The position numbers were made by a program, and so were the translations under genes. Source: an uncultured Candidatus Poseidoniales archaeon (GTDB lineage: Archaea > Thermoplasmatota > Poseidoniia > Poseidoniales > Thalassarchaeaceae). Taken from it: a DNA stretch of 21,801 nt. The stretch covers positions 1 through 21,801 of the forward strand of contig CAZRCY010000018.1 of assembly GCA_964598735.1 (NCBI GenBank). The letters are read 5' to 3'. Positions 15,101 to 21,801 of this stretch are shown piece by piece; position 1 is the first letter of the stretch; the number at the start of each line of letters is the position of its first letter. Under the pieces are notes generated by a model. The model worked only from the letters and a program-made list of their open reading frames with translations, searched no databases and was not told the DNA's origin.

Positions 15101-15743
15101 TAGAACTACTCCTGATAGATATATTGGTTGGAGACAGTGAGCGTGAAAGCATATTATGCATCGAAGGGCCAAGAGTAATTGCAATGACGATATTCCCAGC
15201 AGCATGGAGAAGGTCAAACGGTAACCCTGTGATTAGATACGCAATCAACACACCTAGGCTAGGATCTGCAATCAATACAGATAGAGAGACAACATAGTTG
15301 AAAACAAACGCTGCAATAATTCCTGCAATCATCAAACGTCCAATCATCAATTTCTCATCTTTGACAAGTTGATCTGCAGCCATATATCCTCCAACTGCGA
15401 CCATTGACCAAGCTCCTGCTTGGAATAATGTCCACATTCCAGATCCAAGAAAGATATTAGACAAAATCGTAACAAGAATAGCAATTCCTATTCCCTTTCT
15501 AACCCCATAGGTTGCTCCTACAAGTAACAATCCAATAGTTACAGGTTGTACGTTCGGAATTGGTCCGAGGATTATACGTCCTATTGCTAATGCCGCTATA
15601 ATTCCAAAAGACCAGACAACTGCATTTTGAGTTCTATTTTCCGGTTCCCCTCCAAATAGGGCAAACAGAGCAGAACACACCAATATTATCTCGATAAATA
15701 GAACACTCTCAGGAGACAAACCGAGTGCATGTAGACCGAGCAT
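15081..15743 (-). CDS. Polytopic membrane protein resembling an ECF-transporter S (substrate-capture) component
   Basis: About 6 TM segments. Motifs reminiscent of ECF S-components and DUF6580 are PNVQPVTIGLLLVGATYG.RKG, LSNIFLG.GMWTLFQ..AW and GLPFDLLHAAGNIVIA. No ECF A or T genes are in the window. The CDS itself is confident; the functional call is tentative. Confidence 0.5.
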   Translation of the reverse strand: MLGLHALGLSPESVLFIEIILVCSALFALFGGEPENRTQNAVVWSFGIIAALAIGRIILGPIPNVQPVTIGLLLVGATYGVRKGIGIAILVTILSNIFLGSGMWTLFQAGAWSMVAVGGYMAADQLVKDEKLMIGRLMIAGIIAAFVFNYVVSLSVLIADPSLGVLIAYLITGLPFDLLHAAGNIVIAITLGPSMHNMLSRSLSPTNISIRSSSNESRVE

Positions 15744-15785
15744 ATATTCACCTGAACCGGGAACAGCATTAAGCGATTCCGATTG

Positions 15786-15803
15786 GATTAGATTTATCTA
15801 ATC
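15786..15803. promoter_or_regulatory. Perfect 8+2+8 palindrome GATTAGAT-TT-ATCTAATC in the intergenic spacer between the DUF4430 gene and the S-component-like gene
   Basis: Read directly from the sequence: gattagatttatctaatc. The reverse complement of gattagat is atctaatc. It lies in a 76-nt spacer, 43-60 nt upstream of the ATG at 15743 on the minus strand. Confidence 0.3.
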
Positions 15804-15819
15804 ATTATTATCAGGGCAA

Positions 15820-16287
15820 TTATGACCCATCAGTCAATATCCATCCGAGGGTTGTGTTGGATGAAATCATTAGACTTGAAGCTCCTACAGATGCCATTTC
15901 TTCATTTTCAGTGAATCCCCACCAAGTGGAGTAATCAGCAGCACCTGCAACACCATCAATAGTATGAATGAAAGCCCCCATTCCAACATAATAGGTTACA
16001 TCGATGGAGAAATTTTCTCTTAGTTGTAGTGCTTCCATCACTCGATATGCTGAAGTGTTGTTAGATACCATTATGGGATCAAAAGTAATTGTTCCGTTTG
16101 TTAATCTCTCTTCAAGATTTGCAGTCTCATTTCCTCGGTCTGCAAAATCTATTGTTACGACAACACTCCACTCGCCAATTTCATCTTCCTCTAGTGGCAG
16201 AGGCTCAGTCTGTTGAACACAACCCGCTAATGCAGATGTGCAAACCAAAATCATTCCAATTACAAGGGTATACATCTTATCCGTCAT
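15820..16287 (-). CDS. DUF4430-like (transcobalamin/intrinsic-factor beta-domain-like) lipoprotein
   Basis: Lipoprotein-type N-terminus MILVCTSALAGC. The remainder fits the DUF4430 pattern as I recall it: VVVTIDF..., TSAYRVMEAL, GAFIHTIDGV...WWGF.ENEEMASVGASSL.IS.NTTLGWIL (family: vtv.id / tvldaL / G.fv.sIng...W.y.vNg....vGa..y.l.dGD.i.w.y). Confidence 0.55.
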   Translation of the reverse strand: MTDKMYTLVIGMILVCTSALAGCVQQTEPLPLEEDEIGEWSVVVTIDFADRGNETANLEERLTNGTITFDPIMVSNNTSAYRVMEALQLRENFSIDVTYYVGMGAFIHTIDGVAGAADYSTWWGFTENEEMASVGASSLMISSNTTLGWILTDGS

Positions 16288-16323
16288 GGAGTTTGTGGGC
16301 GAAATAGTAGGCTTATGAATTTG

Positions 16324-18417
16324 TTAGTAATTTGATAACCTATCCTTGAGAATTGCAGATACTTTCTTTCCATCTGCACCGTTCCCTAGTTTTCCTAGAA
16401 TTACACCCATTAGTGGGCCCATGGCACCCATACCGCGTTCTGCAATAAAATCCGCACGTTCTGCTAAGATTTCATCAACGATAGTCTCGATACTGGCCTC
16501 ATCTGCTGGTTTGAATCCATCTTCTTCTGATGTAGTTGTAAACCATGTTAACATTACATCCCTATCGGTAGGCCATACACCTTGATTCAATGCTTTTGAC
16601 GAGAGAGGAATTAATCCTTCACGAGTCAAATTCCCTTGTTCTCTACATGTTAGAGCTAGACACAATAATGCATATGGGACATCATTGTCTGGAATACCAA
16701 CCTCAGATGCGATTTCGTTTACAGTTCTATCAAGAATTAGACTTGCCCATGCTTTTGCCGAAACACCTTCAGGTAAAGGAGATCCGTCCCCGAAAGGATC
16801 GTGAATAATATCATCCAATTCAGCCCCAAGAAGAGCTTCAATTTGATTTTCTGAAAGGCCAAGAGGTTGGAGTTTAGCAAGTCTTTCTTCCGCACTTGGA
16901 GGCATATTAGATTGAATTCGTTCCCAATCAACATCACCAAAAAATCTCACAGGAACATCAGTTTCGGGATACATCCGAGCACTTCCAGGTAAGGGGCGCA
17001 TTGCAGTGGTCGTACCATCTTCAGGTGAACCCTTACGAATGACAACATTTCGTACCTCTTGGGGGATCCGATGATATGCAAGCTTAGCTCTTTCATGAAC
17101 TGCTTCTAACGCAAGTTCTGCTTGCCATTTTGGAGCAAGACAAAGTACAAAACAATCCCCAAGGATTTCTTTACACGCATCAGTTTCAGATTGTGAAATT
17201 CCATATGCTGGGAGTTCGCCTGAATGAAAAATACCTTTCACTCCTGCGAGTTTAGCAGCACTTGCCAGTTCACGACCTAAGCGAGGTAATTGGGCACCGT
17301 TTTTGTCCAGTTTTTTAGATCCGAGTTTTCCTGTTAATCCAGGAAGAGATAAGCCCAAAGCTAGAGCATTATTATTTTCTGAATTGATAATGTTCTTGAC
17401 CATCTTAGACTCATTTTCACCAAATATATCTGTTACGTTGTGTAACTCAAATGGAATTATTTGACTTACTCTTTCTGCTACCTTTTTCTCTACATCAGCA
17501 CTATCTTGGTTTCGATGAACCGGTAACGGAGGAAGATTTTGATTTGCTCTTAATTCATTTGCTAGTCGATAGAAATGAAGTTGACGGGCCATTTCTAGTC
17601 TGATAATTTGAGGTACCCACTCCAAATCTTGTGTGCCTTTGATTTCTACCCTATCTCCACATGCAATTGAGACATTTAGATCCTGACGAATTGTCCCCAA
17701 TCCCCTTCTAACCGAACGCGTAGATCTTAGAAGGGATCCTATTGTTCGTGCAGTTTCCATTGCATGTTCAGGATCAACGATATCTGGAGATGTAGCAATT
17801 TCGACAAGAGGGATTCCTAAACGATCTAAAATATAGACGACTTGCTCACCATTTCCAGTTGAACGAGTATCTAATTTCCTTGCAGAATCTTCTTCCAAAA
17901 GTAAAACATCTACTCCTACATCTCCTCTCTCAGTTTTGATTTTTCCCGATGTCCCAATCAAAGTCGTTCGTTGAAATCCTGATGTATTCGAACCATCTAC
18001 TACTTGCTTACGCATCGTTTGTAATACCTCTACTGGATGTATTTCGAGAAGTTTAGCAATTGTCATTGCGATGTCTAATGCCTCCTCATCTAGGCCCGAA
18101 GGCGGAGAATCATCCAATTCAATTAGTCCTGAATTTGGACATTGAATGTAAACGAAAGATCTCTTTCTTCTTTGTTCAAACCGTGCAGCTACATCTATAG
18201 CTCCAGATTCACCAGATGTTGCATTCAGCTTCCTTTCAACCCGTTTCCAATTTTTAGGAATAGAATCAATTCCTAATTCATAGAGCACACTCGGTTGCCT
18301 AGAGTGGAGTTTTCCTGAGTTTAATTGTTGATGAATTTCTAAGCCACACATGAATCCTAGAGCCTTGGGATCGAGTGAATTAGAATCCTCCACCAATCCT
18401 TCTGGCTCCCCTTCCAT
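16324..18417 (-). CDS. gatE: Glutamyl-tRNA(Gln) amidotransferase subunit E (archaeal GatE)
   Basis: N-terminal GLEIHQQL cradle motif, a long GatB/E catalytic body with the large AspRS-like insertion found in GatE but not GatB, and a C-terminal YqeY-like tail (GMGAMGPLMGVILGKLGNGADGKKVSAIL). No gatD is adjacent. Confidence 0.9.
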   Translation of the reverse strand: MEGEPEGLVEDSNSLDPKALGFMCGLEIHQQLNSGKLHSRQPSVLYELGIDSIPKNWKRVERKLNATSGESGAIDVAARFEQRRKRSFVYIQCPNSGLIELDDSPPSGLDEEALDIAMTIAKLLEIHPVEVLQTMRKQVVDGSNTSGFQRTTLIGTSGKIKTERGDVGVDVLLLEEDSARKLDTRSTGNGEQVVYILDRLGIPLVEIATSPDIVDPEHAMETARTIGSLLRSTRSVRRGLGTIRQDLNVSIACGDRVEIKGTQDLEWVPQIIRLEMARQLHFYRLANELRANQNLPPLPVHRNQDSADVEKKVAERVSQIIPFELHNVTDIFGENESKMVKNIINSENNNALALGLSLPGLTGKLGSKKLDKNGAQLPRLGRELASAAKLAGVKGIFHSGELPAYGISQSETDACKEILGDCFVLCLAPKWQAELALEAVHERAKLAYHRIPQEVRNVVIRKGSPEDGTTTAMRPLPGSARMYPETDVPVRFFGDVDWERIQSNMPPSAEERLAKLQPLGLSENQIEALLGAELDDIIHDPFGDGSPLPEGVSAKAWASLILDRTVNEIASEVGIPDNDVPYALLCLALTCREQGNLTREGLIPLSSKALNQGVWPTDRDVMLTWFTTTSEEDGFKPADEASIETIVDEILAERADFIAERGMGAMGPLMGVILGKLGNGADGKKVSAILKDRLSNY

Positions 18418-18454
18418 GCCAACCCGAAGAGTAAGAAGGATATGAGCGACGCGC

Positions 18455-20605
18455 TTAATATAGTCTCCATTGACCCGGTCGTGACATCAATAGTTGAGTA
18501 TCATTGCTTAGTCTCTGGATAGCATCATCAATAGCATAAGTATCATCAATTCCCATTGCTACTGCTCTACTGTAGATGTCATTTTGCATTGCATCTTTCC
18601 CGGTTTCACTAACAATATCCTTTACAATTTTCATTACAATTCTATTCATTTGTGCCGGTCCGTGTGAGGTCCCAGTAGACATTTCTGCTACAGATCCTAC
18701 ATTTTCTTCTTCTCTCCAATGCCTGAAGATGGCGATAGCCATATCTGCATCTTCGCCTATTACTTCATCACGTAAATTCATACGAGCGTGTGCTTCAGCG
18801 AGCCGAATAAGGGATTCCAATGCACGAGCACTTATTGGAATGGGTTGTTCGTCTCTTCGTTCTGATAACTCTTCAGAATCCTTGCCATAACTGTGCCTCG
18901 CCTGTTTGTAGTAATCTAAGATCATTGATTTAGCCTCATCTGTCAAAATCGGTGAATGGTTTGTTTTTGCATATGCAATATATTTCCTAAGAAAAGGAAC
19001 TGAGAGGTACTCTTTCCCGTTTGTGTTTGTTTTGTATACTACTTCTTCGTCCTTCGTCACTGGATTCTCAAACGTATTTTCTTCCACTTTACTTTCGGGA
19101 ACGCCTTTAATTCTACTTGCCATGATATGTCTTGCGATACTTGCATCGTTTTCTTCATCAACTCTATCCTTCATCAACCAGATGATATCAAATCTAGTAG
19201 CAAGAGGAATTGGGAGCCCAGTTTGATTAAACGCGTACATAAGATTTTGATTTGGACCAACATCAAAGGTTCCTTTGGTTGGATTAGCCGCTGATAGAAC
19301 TGCACATCGAGCACGTAATTGAGTGGTAATCCCTCCTTTGCTTACTGAAATTTGTTGTTGCTCCATTGCTTCGTGGAGAGATCCTTTGTCTTCATTGCTA
19401 ATTTTATCAATCTCGTCTATGCATGCAATACCTAAATCTGCTAAAGGTAAAACTCCAGCCTCTAATGTGAATCTTCCATCTCCGAAGGAGTCGCGAATTG
19501 CAGCAGCAGTCAATCCAGCAGCAGAGATATTTCCCCCTGATGCAAATCTAGCCCTAGGGGCTAATTTTGACATATAGGTGAGAAGTTGAGATTTTGCAAC
19601 TCCGGGATCACCCATCAATAAAATGTGAATATCTCCTCTATTGCGAGTTCCATCTGCATTGATTCGTGAAACTCCTCCAAATAATTGCATCAATAAACTT
19701 CGTTTTACTACCTTTAATTTGTCAGTAACATCAATAATTGAAGGAGCAATAGATTCCTGCATTATTGCCATTAAATCTGGTCTCATTGCAACTTTTTTTA
19801 TCTCCTTTTTCTCTTCTTCAGAAGGTTGAATATCTGTAAAGGGTGTAGATTCTCTTACTGCAGAATGAAGGCTGTACACAATCTCAAACATTGCAGACTT
19901 TTTGTTTCGATGATATCCTGCCTGAGTGTAGGGGATTAGATTCGCAGTTACCCTCTCACCTGGAAGGTATCTATTGCACAGGATTCCTTCAATCAAAACC
20001 TTTCCTCGACTTGGTTGCCCACTTCCTTTTACGCGTTCAGGTAACTCTTGAATTTCGAGATATTGATTATTAATCCATGTACATCTGTCGCTATCTAACG
20101 TAAACCGAGTCGATCCTGCTCCAGAAGCTGGCAGTTCACATCCACTGCAAATTAATGGTTCTTTAAGTTCCAATTCGTTCTCTTGACGAACCATAGTATC
20201 TCCTCCGCATGAATCACAACACCAAGTTGCTTCGTAGATACGTGGACGTATTTCAGAGACCTTTGTGATAACAACATTTACACTCCTAAGCCGATTTAGG
20301 TCATCTGAGCCTATCTCTCGAAGATCATTTTCAACATCTGGAGGTAGATGTTCAAACAGAATATCAGGTTCAATGTTTAGTCCATTTTCCTTACATCTTT
20401 GAGAAAGAATTCTTTTGCCAGTCAAGATTGTTCGTTTTGGTTGATTTAGAATCTTCTTAGCAAATTCTGGGTCCCAAGATTGAATATCATTAAATCGTAT
20501 TCTAAATTCGATTGAATTGTTTGTGAGAAGTTGAATTTCTTGTGATTTTACTTCTTGGAAAAAGGTCTCCCACCGCGAACTGATATCTTCCATCTGTAGC
20601 GCCAT
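18455..20605 (-). CDS. mcm: Minichromosome maintenance (MCM) replicative helicase
   Basis: C4 zinc motif CDSCGG...CSGC in the N-terminal domain. Walker A GDPGVAKSQLL, Walker B CIDEIDK, sensor-1 SVLSAANP and arginine finger TRFDIIW are present. A C-terminal winged-helix-length tail follows. The motifs are contiguous, so there is no intein. Confidence 0.95.
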   Translation of the reverse strand: MALQMEDISSRWETFFQEVKSQEIQLLTNNSIEFRIRFNDIQSWDPEFAKKILNQPKRTILTGKRILSQRCKENGLNIEPDILFEHLPPDVENDLREIGSDDLNRLRSVNVVITKVSEIRPRIYEATWCCDSCGGDTMVRQENELELKEPLICSGCELPASGAGSTRFTLDSDRCTWINNQYLEIQELPERVKGSGQPSRGKVLIEGILCNRYLPGERVTANLIPYTQAGYHRNKKSAMFEIVYSLHSAVRESTPFTDIQPSEEEKKEIKKVAMRPDLMAIMQESIAPSIIDVTDKLKVVKRSLLMQLFGGVSRINADGTRNRGDIHILLMGDPGVAKSQLLTYMSKLAPRARFASGGNISAAGLTAAAIRDSFGDGRFTLEAGVLPLADLGIACIDEIDKISNEDKGSLHEAMEQQQISVSKGGITTQLRARCAVLSAANPTKGTFDVGPNQNLMYAFNQTGLPIPLATRFDIIWLMKDRVDEENDASIARHIMASRIKGVPESKVEENTFENPVTKDEEVVYKTNTNGKEYLSVPFLRKYIAYAKTNHSPILTDEAKSMILDYYKQARHSYGKDSEELSERRDEQPIPISARALESLIRLAEAHARMNLRDEVIGEDADMAIAIFRHWREEENVGSVAEMSTGTSHGPAQMNRIVMKIVKDIVSETGKDAMQNDIYSRAVAMGIDDTYAIDDAIQRLSNDTQLLMSRPGQWRLY

Positions 20606-20680
20606 TTAGTTCACCGGGAATTTAACCTAAGAATCGACCGTCTATGAATCAAACGGCTGACGTCCTCTGAACCCCTTGTT

Positions 20681-20747
20681 TTCTACTGGAATTTTTGTTT
20701 TGTCTCGGTCAACTTTTTGTTGATTTTCAATACTTCTACTCGAATTT
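20681..20747. repeat. Two 14-nt direct repeats TTCTACTGGAATTT (20681-20694) and TTCTACTCGAATTT (20734-20747) flanking a T-rich 39-nt spacer; a third degenerate copy TTCACCGGGAATTT lies at 20610-20623
   Basis: Read directly: 13/14 identity between the two main copies, start-to-start spacing 53 nt, all in the same orientation. They lie in the 183-nt divergent intergenic region between mcm and the PPC-domain gene. On the minus strand copy 1 reads TTCCAGTAGAAA. Confidence 0.6.
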
Positions 20748-20751
20748 ATAA
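20745..20751 (+). promoter_or_regulatory. TATA-like box (TTTATAA) about 40 nt upstream of ATG 20789
   Basis: This is the best TATA-like heptamer in the spacer. It overlaps the 3' end of direct-repeat copy 2. Confidence 0.25.
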
Positions 20752-20788
20752 CAGAGAAATTTAGGAACTGCCTAATCTTAAGAAAATC

Positions 20789-21217
20789 ATGGAATGGACA
20801 ATCAGTGGTGAAGACGTGTTTGTGAGAATCGATCCTGGTGAAGAGATACACGCCTCTTTACAGAATCTTGCCGACGAAATTGGTATTGATGCAGCGGCTG
20901 TAACCAGTGGAATTGGTAGGACAAGAGAGAATAAATATGGATTCATGAACGACGAGGGAGTTTACATCACAAGATCATTGAATTCACCAGGTGAATTGAT
21001 TAGTTTGTCTGGGAATATTTCTAGAACCGAGGATGGAAAACCATTCACTCATATCCATTGTTGTTGGTCTGATGATGATAACAATGTACATGCAGGTCAT
21101 ATGTTCAATGCTACAGTTCATGTTGTGGCTGAAATTCATGTTAGGATAATGAAAGATGCGATTATGTCTCGTTACTCTCTTCCAGACGTCGCACTATTGG
21201 GTCTACGATTTTCCTAA
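20789..21217 (+). CDS. PPC/DUF296 domain protein (PCC1-like, predicted DNA-binding domain family)
   Basis: About 140 aa with the DUF296 pattern: an N-terminal strand (V.VRIDPGEEI...L), GELISLSGNIS and ...PFTHIHCCWSDDDNNVHAGHMF.ATV.VVAEIHV. Confidence 0.7.
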   Translation: MEWTISGEDVFVRIDPGEEIHASLQNLADEIGIDAAAVTSGIGRTRENKYGFMNDEGVYITRSLNSPGELISLSGNISRTEDGKPFTHIHCCWSDDDNNVHAGHMFNATVHVVAEIHVRIMKDAIMSRYSLPDVALLGLRFS

Positions 21218-21249
21218 TATTGATAGAAGATTAGCAGAGAGGTAGTTGA

Positions 21250-21801
21250 ATGTCTGAGCCAACAGTTGTGGAAATGGTCAAGTTGATATGCTCAGAATAT
21301 CGGGTAAATTCTGTTCCTGATTCCTCAAGGGCTTGGAATGGACCTCAGATAATTTCTGATTTGAATCGCTCATGCAATCTAATTGTTACATCTACTGATG
21401 CTAGCCTAGAAGTGATAAAAAAATCAATCCAATTAGGGGCAGATATTTTGATTTCTCACCATGGTCTTACATGGACTGATGGTAGAATTCCCTTGCCCTT
21501 CAGTGATGATATTGAAGCGAAAAGAACGAAGCTCGCAATCGATAATAACCTTACAATAATTGGCTTACATCTGCCTATGGATGCTCATCCTGTATTGGGA
21601 AATAATGCTGTATTATGTAAATCAATAGATGCTGAATTCGAAGGTCGTTGGTTCGCCACAAAAGGACACTCTAGCCCTATATCTAATGATTTTATTTTAG
21701 AAGAAAATAACAACTCTTGGCCAGAAATAATTGATTTGGAAGATGGCAGAAAATGCATGGAAATTGGAATTATTGCTGGTGTAAATTCAATCTCTAGATC
21801 G
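21250..21801 (+). CDS. NIF3-family dinuclear-metal-centre protein (YbgI/GTP cyclohydrolase 1 type 2 homologue), 3'-truncated by the window end
   Basis: My own translation from ATG 21250 is open to the window end (184 codons). It contains GADILISHHGLTW and LHLPMDAHPVLGNNAVL, matching E. coli YbgI GADAVIVHHGYFW / WHLPLDAHPELGNNAQL as I recall it. GAGGT lies 7 nt upstream of the ATG. It is not in the ORF track because there is no in-window stop. Confidence 0.85.
   Translation, partial: MSEPTVVEMVKLICSEYRVNSVPDSSRAWNGPQIISDLNRSCNLIVTSTDASLEVIKKSIQLGADILISHHGLTWTDGRIPLPFSDDIEAKRTKLAIDNNLTIIGLHLPMDAHPVLGNNAVLCKSIDAEFEGRWFATKGHSSPISNDFILEENNNSWPEIIDLEDGRKCMEIGIIAGVNSISRS

Noticed and set aside
15101-15217. 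N-terminal 39-codon extension of the Pth2 ORF
   Set aside because: It overlaps the C-terminal coding region of the upstream membrane protein in another frame and adds a hydrophobic, Cys-rich segment foreign to Pth2. Pth2 homologues are about 112-125 aa.
16324-18417. Possibility that this is GatB rather than GatE, or that the extra length (697 aa) hides a fusion
   Set aside because: The large insertion between the cradle and helical domains is the GatE-specific AspRS-like insertion, and the C-terminus is the usual YqeY-like tail. The extra length is spread as small extensions rather than forming an added domain.
18576-20073. Five antisense ORFs (60-104 aa) inside mcm, and similar ones inside gatE, the S15 peptidase, GH1, guaC and the ABC-F gene
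   Set aside because: All lie fully within confidently assigned conserved genes on the opposite strand. Their products are Ser/Leu/Ile-rich as expected from antisense reading of an AT-rich gene, and they have no independent start signals.
18455-20605. Possible intein or split in MCM
   Set aside because: At 716 aa, the Zn finger, Walker A/B, sensor-1 and arginine finger are in normal order and spacing. There are no extein-intein junction motifs and no extra ~150-500-aa insert.
20642-20946. Two minus-strand small ORFs (69 and 61 aa) across the mcm upstream spacer and the PPC-gene 5' end
   Set aside because: They overlap each other and the PPC-domain gene, have no family resemblance, and would place coding sequence over the repeat and promoter region.
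1-21801. Search for tRNA, rRNA or other ncRNA genes, CRISPR arrays and IS elements
   Set aside because: Apart from 1-290, which is probably mostly coding, only the 20606-20788 spacer exceeds 100 nt, and neither region shows tRNA-like T-arm or acceptor features. I saw no spaced identical repeats of CRISPR type and no transposase-like ORFs.

Overview
This is a densely coding, AT-rich chromosomal segment that I read as archaeal. Three hallmark archaeal genes sit on the minus strand: an MCM replicative helicase (18455-20605), GatE (16324-18417) and a Pth2-type peptidyl-tRNA hydrolase (14729-15100). Most other genes look bacterial or eukaryotic in type: an ABC-F ATPase, an alkaline-ceramidase-like membrane protein, a GH1 glycosidase, an S15 peptidase, a Rieske oxygenase, a CrtI-family desaturase and a GuaC closely similar to my recollection of E. 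coli GuaC. That mosaic fits a marine planktonic euryarchaeote such as Marine Group II/III, but this is inference only. I support 25 CDS, two of them truncated at the window edges. I see no rRNA, tRNA, CRISPR array, IS element, integrase or intein. No textbook novel system such as a defence island is visible. The candidates most worth follow-up are: (1) a tightly coupled CrtI-family desaturase, exported CxxC thioredoxin-fold lipoprotein and ABA4-like (DUF4281) membrane protein operon; (2) an ABC-F translation-type ATPase in an archaeal context, overlapping by ATGA a ceramidase-like membrane protein; (3) a membrane-tethered GH1 glycosidase coupled to an SRPBCC ligand-binding protein, heading an eight-gene same-strand block that includes a Rieske oxygenase and two possibly paralogous small membrane proteins; (4) a DUF4430 (transcobalamin-like) lipoprotein with an ECF-S-component-like membrane protein and a perfect palindrome between them; (5) ORB-like direct repeats in the 183-bp intergenic region upstream of mcm. 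All family assignments come from motifs read by eye and from remembered family consensus sequences, not from searches.
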